Source: an uncultured virus (IMG/VR IMGVR_UViG_3300038629_000369) (taxonomy: Duplodnaviria > Heunggongvirae > Uroviricota > Caudoviricetes). From it: DNA of 20,000 nucleotides. The position numbers were made by a program, and so were the translations under genes. This document shows positions 14,388 to 20,000 of this stretch, in pieces; within the stretch, counting starts at the first letter, position 1, and each line of letters starts with the position of its first letter. The DNA is taken from the IMG/VR virus record IMGVR_UViG_3300038629_000369; one strand, 5' to 3'. Below the pieces are notes generated by a model that was not told the DNA's origin, made no database searches, and was given only the letters and a program-made list of their open reading frames with translations.

Positions 14388-14963
14388 ATGCTGCAACAGT
14401 ACCTGAATGCCATGGTGACCATGCGCAAGCGGATCCACTCCGTGCCGCCGTCTGGATTCGCTTACGCTTCAATGGAGGAATACGTCCTCTGTGAAGGCTC
14501 GAACTTCGCGTCCGAGCCACTGACCGACGCCGAGATGCGATGGATCTTCGCAGCGATCGGGGACACGCGATTTCAAATCAAGCAGTGCTACTACAACGCG
14601 CAACGGCTGTTGACGCGTGCGTCATTTCAGGGCAATCCCGATGGTCACGAGCTGCGCTACGTGGAGGGCTACGCCAGTGGGGTGATTCCGTGTTTGCACG
14701 GCTGGCTCTCCCTCAACGGGAAGGTCGTAGACCTCACCATGCGCCTGCGCAACAAGCTGCCGCGCCGCAAGAGCACAGTGGGACGCCGCCGCCTACAGAA
14801 CCGCGTCCTGGGGGAGTTTCCTGCGGACGAGCGGCAGTACCGTGGCGTCACGTTTGAGACTGATTTCGTTCATGCGCGAATCGTGCGAACTGGCATGATG
14901 GGTACGCTGATCGACGACTGGGAAAACGGATACCCACTACTCAAGCTCAAGGAGGCCGTCTGA
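14388..14963 (+). CDS. Putative transglutaminase/papain-like fold protein, 191 aa
   Basis: KQCYYNA, YVEGYA, HGWL and VVDLT give a Cys-His-Asp order. Confidence 0.65.
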   Translation: MLQQYLNAMVTMRKRIHSVPPSGFAYASMEEYVLCEGSNFASEPLTDAEMRWIFAAIGDTRFQIKQCYYNAQRLLTRASFQGNPDGHELRYVEGYASGVIPCLHGWLSLNGKVVDLTMRLRNKLPRRKSTVGRRRLQNRVLGEFPADERQYRGVTFETDFVHARIVRTGMMGTLIDDWENGYPLLKLKEAV

Positions 14964-15185
14964 ATGCCCTGGAAAGAAGAACCAAAGCTCCCCACCAAGA
15001 CGATCGTCGAGGTGAAGGGAAACCAGTACGCGCCTATCCCTAACAGCGCCATCGTGCTGCTGGGGCCCGGTAAGCTGGAGATCACTCGTCACCCCAGCGG
15101 CGCCGTCAACGGCCGTGTTCTCGAAGGCAACACCGGCACACTCGATACCGCAGTGTGGGCGCACAGGGAGCGTGTTGGATGGTAA
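14964..15185 (+). CDS. Hypothetical protein, 73 aa
   Basis: AAGGAGG RBS; abuts the upstream stop. Confidence 0.7.
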   Translation: MPWKEEPKLPTKTIVEVKGNQYAPIPNSAIVLLGPGKLEITRHPSGAVNGRVLEGNTGTLDTAVWAHRERVGW

Positions 15186-15403
15186 GCGTACACACGGCAT
15201 CACACAAAGACGCCGGTGCCTGTAACGCCTGCGCCAAGCGCGATGGTCACGTGTACGTCATGAAGCTGAGCAAAACGCTGAGCAATGCGAGCATCGAGAT
15301 TCGCGTGTGCGACGACTGCCTTGACGAGCTGGTGCTTGGCGCTTTTAACGCGAGAGTCCAGCGCGCTCAAGCCATCAAACGTGGCGTACTGCCACGCCGA
15401 TAG
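15179..15403 (+). CDS. Small CxxC...CxxC Zn-finger protein, 74 aa
   Basis: CNAC and CDDC; GGGAG RBS. Confidence 0.7.
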   Translation: MVSVHTASHKDAGACNACAKRDGHVYVMKLSKTLSNASIEIRVCDDCLDELVLGAFNARVQRAQAIKRGVLPRR

Positions 15404-15413
15404 CATTTACAAA

Positions 15414-15495
15414 TGCGCCCCGATGGGCGCTCACCTTCGCCCCCACGCTGCGCGCGCAATGAGGGAGGATCAAGGTGGGTGGCCATCGGGGCGCA
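15414..15495 (+). other. Long intergenic stem-loop (24-bp arms)
   Basis: TGCGCCCCGATGGGCGCTCACCTT ... AAGGTGGGTGGCCATCGGGGCGCA; two G-U pairs and one mismatch on the + strand. Confidence 0.8.
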
Positions 15496-15522
15496 CTGCA
15501 TTTTGAGAAAGGACACATTGAG

Positions 15523-15693
15523 ATGACTGAATTGAAGCTGCTGCTCCGCGAGATCAAGCCAAAGTCCTGCAAGTTCCTCATCCTGGTGCCGGAGCACTAC
15601 CGCGCAGACGGCTCATGCCTTTGCGACGACGAGGAGCATCGCAAGATGATGATCAAAAAGTGGGGCTACGCACAGGAGGATTTCGACACATGA
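15523..15693 (+). CDS. Small conserved phage protein, 56 aa (PEHYRxDGSCxCDD)
   Basis: GAAAGGA RBS. Confidence 0.7.
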   Translation: MTELKLLLREIKPKSCKFLILVPEHYRADGSCLCDDEEHRKMMIKKWGYAQEDFDT

Positions 15694-15851
15694 TGCTGCT
15701 GCACCTGTTCATCATCATGGCTGGTCATTCGTATGCGTACGAACCGCCAGCCGTCTGCGAGCCGCGACCCGCGCCTATCGTGCGCGAGTGCGCAGCCGAC
15801 GAGGGCTGCGAAGAAGTGTGGACATTCGGAAAGGAGGTTCCCCTGTCATGA
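15690..15851 (+). CDS. Small protein with hydrophobic N-terminus, 53 aa
   Basis: AGGAGG RBS; ATGA coupling. Confidence 0.6.
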   Translation: MMLLHLFIIMAGHSYAYEPPAVCEPRPAPIVRECAADEGCEEVWTFGKEVPLS

Positions 15852-16063
15852 ATTTGAGTCTGCAAGGAACAAAATGGCGCCACAAATCCAACGGTGACCT
15901 AACCGCCAAAGTCGTGCGCCACAACAAGGCGACTGGGCGTATCGTCCTCATGGCGGATGGCCGCTTCGTGCGCACACGAGTGGGAAACCTGCGCTCAAAC
16001 TGGACGCCTTTCGGTGCAACAGCCAAGCAGCGTGGACTTTTGGAAAAGGAGACGCTGTCATGA
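15848..16063 (+). CDS. Small basic protein, 71 aa
   Basis: AAAGGAGG RBS; ATGA coupling. Confidence 0.7.
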   Translation: MNLSLQGTKWRHKSNGDLTAKVVRHNKATGRIVLMADGRFVRTRVGNLRSNWTPFGATAKQRGLLEKETLS

Positions 16064-16299
16064 GCGACAACATCCTCGTAGTCGACGACACGTTCCGCGA
16101 AGTCGTGAAGATGGCGAGCAACCGGGCTGAGCACCTCGCAAACCAGCATCGTCGCGAGACGGTGCAACACGGAAACGGCTGGAAGCTAGCCGCCGTGCTC
16201 GCCGCGGTGTGCGACATTCTCAACCATCCGGACGGCCAAGCGATGCAAAGCGAGCTTAACCGACTGTACGCCGCGACACCGGAGGCGCGAGAGGAATGA
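16060..16299 (+). CDS. Hypothetical protein, 79 aa
   Basis: AAGGAG RBS; ATGA coupling. Confidence 0.7.
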   Translation: MSDNILVVDDTFREVVKMASNRAEHLANQHRRETVQHGNGWKLAAVLAAVCDILNHPDGQAMQSELNRLYAATPEAREE

Positions 16300-16763
16300 G
16301 CATGCTGCTCCGCTTCGTTGCTCCGCTTCATCGTCGAGCGCTGGGCGCCGGTGTCAAGCCCCGCTGTTGCGAACACTGCGGCCAGCACATGAAGCCACGC
16401 CAGCGACGCAGTCGCTGTCAGACATGCGACGTTTTGATATGCGCGGGATGTTGCCGCGCTCGTCGCTGCCCCACTTGCAGTTTCATTGTTACCGGAAAGG
16501 TAGGCGGATGAGCGACAACACCATCGGCGAGCGTCGGCCCGACTGGCGCGGCGAAGCGACAACGTTCGTCGACAAGCAGGGCGTCGAGCGCGTGGTGATC
16601 GCCGTCGATCACTACACCGGGGAGCCGGGTTACTATGGCGGCGTGAGCCCTAATATGTACGAGCGCAACGGGTTCTCGTGCGGCGCCCGTTACTATTTCG
16701 GCGAAGCGGTCGCCGAACTCGGCATCGAAGTGAAGCGCGACACCGGAGGCGCGAGAGGAATGA
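16272..16763. repeat. 28-bp exact direct repeat CGCGACACCGGAGGCGCGAGAGGAATGA at 16272-16299 and 16736-16763
   Basis: Read directly; each copy carries an RBS and ATG. Confidence 0.95.
16296..16511 (+). CDS. Cys-rich Zn-finger protein, 71 aa
   Basis: Four CxxC pairs (CEHC, CQTC, CAGC, CPTC). Confidence 0.7.
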   Translation: MSMLLRFVAPLHRRALGAGVKPRCCEHCGQHMKPRQRRSRCQTCDVLICAGCCRARRCPTCSFIVTGKVGG

Positions 16764-16951
16764 CATACCGAATCGACATGGACAATCTCACCGTCATCGC
16801 TACAGATGCAGCGGGTGAAGATCATGATCTGAACGCGAGCGGCGAACCCTGCGAGACCACCACCGATCTGGCCGACTTCGTGCGTGAGTTGTATGAGCAG
16901 AGCGCCTTTGACATCGCCGTTCGCGATGAGCTGCTGAGTAAGGTGCAATGA
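16508..16951 (+). CDS. Hypothetical protein, 147 aa; apparent in-frame fusion with an internal RBS+ATG at 16760
   Basis: ATG 16508 coupled to the upstream stop; the second repeat copy supplies an in-frame start (MTYRID...). Confidence 0.7.
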   Translation: MSDNTIGERRPDWRGEATTFVDKQGVERVVIAVDHYTGEPGYYGGVSPNMYERNGFSCGARYYFGEAVAELGIEVKRDTGGARGMTYRIDMDNLTVIATDAAGEDHDLNASGEPCETTTDLADFVRELYEQSAFDIAVRDELLSKVQ

Positions 16952-17178
16952 CCGAACAGCGATTTCGTATCACGATGTTGGTTGTCGCCGCCGTCTTCAT
17001 AGTGCCAATGGTTGTCGCCATTGCGTACGCGATATTGTCGCAGCCACCGGCTGTCGAGACGCTCTACACCATCCCGGCGCCCGCGCTCATCTACGAGCCG
17101 CCCGGTTACACCTACCCGTCCGACGACGGTCCCTCAATCAACGAGGGTTGCACCGCCAGCGACTGCTGTGCACACTAG
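16948..17178 (+). CDS. Single-pass membrane protein, 76 aa
   Basis: ITMLVVAAVFIVPMVVAIAYAIL hydrophobic helix; ATGA coupling. Confidence 0.7.
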   Translation: MTEQRFRITMLVVAAVFIVPMVVAIAYAILSQPPAVETLYTIPAPALIYEPPGYTYPSDDGPSINEGCTASDCCAH

Positions 17179-17210
17179 ATACTTCCGTAGTTAAGAGGCC
17201 CCACGGGTCC

Positions 17211-17277
17211 GCCCCCGGCACGCCGGAGCTGAGTTTTGTCCTTTCTCAGCTCTCGGCGCGCCGGGGGCCTTTTTTTT
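17211..17277 (+). terminator. Intrinsic terminator ending the right-arm operon
   Basis: Long GC-rich stem (GCCCCCGGCACGCCGGAGCTGAG / CTCAGCTCTCGGCGCGCCGGGGGC) followed by T8. Confidence 0.75.
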
Positions 17278-17358
17278 GTCCAGAATTTGGCAATTTCAGA
17301 TGGGCCAACGTGATCGAAATAGGGTGTCAGATCCGTGTTCGGTGCACGTCCTTAAAGT

Positions 17359-17949
17359 ATGAACAAGCCATTCCCATTCACCGCTTTCACCGCCTCAAAC
17401 ATCTGCAAGGCGCTCGACGCAGCGCCCGTGGGATCGCGTGTCATCGACGCCGCTGGCTTCAGCGACGCGCTGATCGCTGCCATCGACGCCCACGACTTCG
17501 CCGCCGAGCGTGTGCCAGGACAGGCGTTCCTGCCACTGCCTGACGCTGTCGGCTCCGTGAGCGCCGGTGAAGGCCAGCGCACCACCGATCCGGCCGACTA
17601 CGTTGCCGTCGAGCACAGAGCAAAGGTGGAGCTGTATCTGCGCCGCGAGTGCGCCGCCGAGTGCACCTTCTGTGCTGCGGTTGTCTACACGGCAGCGGCC
17701 TACTTGGCTGATCCGGACGTCCAGAACGAGCCTGACGAAGCGGCGCGCGTCAAGGCCACCGGTGCGCCCTACGTGCTCGTCGCCGTCATCGCCTCAGCCG
17801 CTCCCAAGGGTCCGCTGACTCCTGACCGCTTCGTCGCCAACCTAGCAGGCGGCAACAAGGAGGCGCAGCTCTGGAGCGCCGACGAGATCCGCGCCAAGGC
17901 CAAAGAGGTCGAGGCGCACTGGTCCGAGTGGTGCGTGGTGGCGGGCTGA
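17359..17949 (+). CDS. Hypothetical protein, 196 aa; possibly distant DUF3228-like
   Basis: Clean ORF with GC3 bias; the VVYT...YVLVAVIA...PLTP..FVAN..GG...HW pattern resembles DUF3228 (weak). Confidence 0.75.
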   Translation: MNKPFPFTAFTASNICKALDAAPVGSRVIDAAGFSDALIAAIDAHDFAAERVPGQAFLPLPDAVGSVSAGEGQRTTDPADYVAVEHRAKVELYLRRECAAECTFCAAVVYTAAAYLADPDVQNEPDEAARVKATGAPYVLVAVIASAAPKGPLTPDRFVANLAGGNKEAQLWSADEIRAKAKEVEAHWSEWCVVAG

Positions 17950-18003
17950 AGTTGCAGGTTTGTGTGGGAGCTTTCGCTGTAGCTCGATGCCATCGATCGG
18001 TGC

Positions 18004-18144
18004 ATGGACGAATGCAAATCGTGCGGACGCGAGATAGATGAGGAAGTAGCCAAAGGGTTCTGGGGTAGGTGCCCAGAATGCAATGAAGAAGACGATGCTA
18101 TTCGCGCCGAGTTAGACGCAGAAGAAGCAGGCGAACTATACTGA
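18004..18144 (+). CDS. Small acidic Zn-ribbon protein, 46 aa (below the track cutoff)
   Basis: MDECKSCG...CPECNEE; manual translation. Confidence 0.55.
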   Translation: MDECKSCGREIDEEVAKGFWGRCPECNEEDDAIRAELDAEEAGELY

Positions 18145-18236
18145 TCGCTGTCTCGTTCCGGGGCGTTTTAGTCGGTGCACCGGCGAGCCCCTGGGCGAGA
18201 CATCATCGCCTCTGCAAAACGTGGTAATCTGGATGC

Positions 18237-18986
18237 GTGAGTTTCTCGGTTCAGGACTGCGATGTGTGGGGCGTCCGTCGCTTCCACCGCCCGAGCTTTG
18301 AGGCGCCGGCCGAGCCGCGGGCTGACGATGCGTCCAAGCGCGCCTGGAAGCTCACCGACGAGGGCGTCTTGGTCGAGAACGAGGACACCGAGCGCCGCAC
18401 CAAGGGCGAGCCCACGACGCTCACGCGCATCGTGGAAGACTTTGGTGACGCCATCGCCGAGGCGAGCGAGCTGACGGACGTCCCCGAACAGCTAATTGCC
18501 GCTGTGATCGCTACCGAAAGCGGAGGGCGGCTGGTCGTCAAACGCCGCGACGAAGAAGGTAACATCGAGGAAGGTCCCGCCGAACGCTTCGAGGCCCATC
18601 TGAATGACTGGTCGTTCGGTCTAATGCAGACGCTCACCAACACCGCTCATGCGCTCGCGCTCCAGGCGCCAGCCAAGCTCGGCGTCGAGGGTCTCAAGGC
18701 ATATCGCCCCGTCCCAAACGGGGGGTCGGCCGACGAGTGGCGCGAACTTTTGTCGAATCCGGAAACGTCGATTCGCCTCGGTGCGCTCTACTTAGCACGC
18801 AGCAACGATCGCTGGAGCTTGGAGTTCGATCCCATCTTCGTCTACGCCACCTTCAACGCCGGTAGTCCGCAACCACCTGGTGCAGTCGGCAACGAGTGGG
18901 GCATTCACGGCGCCGCAAACGGCAAAGTGTTCGACCATTTTGCAGCCTGGTACGGCGACGCTTGTGCCGTGTACGGAGTCTGCTGA
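18237..18986 (+). CDS. Lytic transglycosylase (SLT domain), probable endolysin
   Basis: LIAAVIATESGG (catalytic Glu), GLMQ, NPETSIRLGALYL, ATFNAG. Confidence 0.9.
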   Translation: MSFSVQDCDVWGVRRFHRPSFEAPAEPRADDASKRAWKLTDEGVLVENEDTERRTKGEPTTLTRIVEDFGDAIAEASELTDVPEQLIAAVIATESGGRLVVKRRDEEGNIEEGPAERFEAHLNDWSFGLMQTLTNTAHALALQAPAKLGVEGLKAYRPVPNGGSADEWRELLSNPETSIRLGALYLARSNDRWSLEFDPIFVYATFNAGSPQPPGAVGNEWGIHGAANGKVFDHFAAWYGDACAVYGVC

Positions 18987-18999
18987 CACAGGAGAAGTG

Positions 19000-19482
19000 A
19001 TGCCTACGGTTCAACAGTTGATGGAGTGGATGCGAAGTGGCGAGGGGCGGCTCATCGCAGCCGCCGTGCTCTACATTCTGATGTGGCTGCTCAAGGCTCA
19101 CGTGCCGATCGTTGAGAAGTGGCTTCAGACAGACGGAAAGCTCAACAGTAAGCGCAAAAAGGCGCTCGCCAACGTCGTGCTCGCCATGGCTCCGGTGGCC
19201 GTGGTACTCACCGACACCAGTCAGTCCGTCACCGAGGCATTCTGGTTGGCGGTAGGCACCGCGACGAGCGCTGGCGGCATTCACAGCTTCGGTAAAGCGC
19301 TGCTGCACAAGCCCAAGGCGTCCGAGTCTGCGAAGTCTGAGCCCGACCCCGGCGAGCCCGACAAGGAGAGCGACGATGACGGCGACGAGGCAGCTGAGGC
19401 TAGCAAAGACGACGGCTCAGCCGACGACACCAGACGCACCGAGCCAGCTGCCGGCGACGAAGCCTCCAGCGACGAGAGCTGA
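19000..19482 (+). CDS. Holin-like membrane protein with acidic tail, 160 aa
   Basis: ATG after AGGAG; two to three hydrophobic segments; directly follows the lysin. Confidence 0.65.
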   Translation: MPTVQQLMEWMRSGEGRLIAAAVLYILMWLLKAHVPIVEKWLQTDGKLNSKRKKALANVVLAMAPVAVVLTDTSQSVTEAFWLAVGTATSAGGIHSFGKALLHKPKASESAKSEPDPGEPDKESDDDGDEAAEASKDDGSADDTRRTEPAAGDEASSDES

Positions 19483-19735
19483 CTGCGAGTACGGCCCGCG
19501 GCCGTGTCCCTACTACACATGCCGCCACCATTTGTGGATGGATCGCCGAGTCGTCCGGCTGGATGAGCTTCCCGCGGATACCTGTTCGCTTGATGTTGCC
19601 AAGGAAGGCGGGGCGACGCTCGGTCGCGTGGGTGTTGTGTTTGGTCTGACGCGCGAACGCATCCGTCAAATCGAGGCCATCGCGATACGTAAGCTTGAGA
19701 TGCGTGGCGTGCACCTGCGTGTTTTCTTCTACTAG
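19376..19735 (+). CDS. Stand-alone sigma70 region 4 HTH protein with N-terminal Cys/His motif, 119 aa
   Basis: TLGRVGVVFGLTRERIRQIEAIAIRKL matches sigma70 region 4.2; TRADC...RPCPYYTCRHHL...C; AAGGAG 7 nt upstream of the ATG. Confidence 0.85.
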   Translation: MTATRQLRLAKTTAQPTTPDAPSQLPATKPPATRADCEYGPRPCPYYTCRHHLWMDRRVVRLDELPADTCSLDVAKEGGATLGRVGVVFGLTRERIRQIEAIAIRKLEMRGVHLRVFFY

Positions 19736-19857
19736 CCGTAGCCGCCGAGCTTGAGCACTTCCGGCGCCTTCTTGTTCCACCAAAAGAACTGCACAACGAC
19801 GAGAGCGCTGAGTCCGAGCGCCGCGTACTGCCAATTTCTGCTGACCTGGTCGTTCAT
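19732..19857 (-). CDS. Small membrane protein, 41 aa (MNDQVSRNWQYAALGLSALVVVQFFWW...)
   Basis: Manual translation; convergent, with its stop overlapping the sigma-4 gene stop; TACTAT 6 nt upstream of the ATG. Confidence 0.5.
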   Translation of the reverse strand: MNDQVSRNWQYAALGLSALVVVQFFWWNKKAPEVLKLGGYG

Positions 19858-20000
19858 GGCGCCATAGTACGCCAAAGCGCGGCATTCTGCGCATTTCTGC
19901 TACGGTAGAAAAGTCTACTTGACGTGTTGACCCGGTTTGGGTCATGGTGTGGGTGTGGCTGTTCGTGACCGAAACCTTCGCCTGCTCGTGTCTGCAAAAG

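Noticed and set aside
19376..19735. Complete or pseudogenised rpoD
   Set aside because: No region 2/3 sequence upstream; the N-terminal Cys/His module and own RBS indicate an intact small protein.
19400..19945. 181-aa minus-strand ORF
   Set aside because: Antisense to the sigma-4 gene; a short membrane ORF in another frame (19732..19857) fits better.

Overview
GC-rich, phage-like accessory (early-type) region. About 40 short, tightly coupled ORFs run in two arms, leftward (1-7293) and rightward (7598-17178), away from a small AT-rich hub at 7395-7472. A lysis-type pair (SLT lytic transglycosylase plus holin-like protein) and a stand-alone sigma70 region-4 protein follow at 18.2-19.7 kb. Recognisable products are a RavA/MoxR-type AAA+ ATPase with its VWA partner, a CbeA/YeeU-like protein, a DUF3846-like protein and a transglutaminase-like Cys-His-Asp protein. 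The sigma-4 protein suggests a myxobacterial host (inference). The most striking signals are non-coding. (1) Fifteen copies of a promoter-like motif (G/T)CAACGGGCAACCGCG-N5-GCAT-N4-Y|R all point away from the hub, and many sit in hairpins. (2) The hub has a dif-like inverted core plus two direct repeats, flanked symmetrically by two motif copies per side. (3) Two tandem tRNA-like RNAs lack a normal anticodon arm. (4) Gene cassettes are bracketed by 17-28 bp direct repeats of the RBS/start junction. Family assignments come from motif recognition by eye, not database searches.
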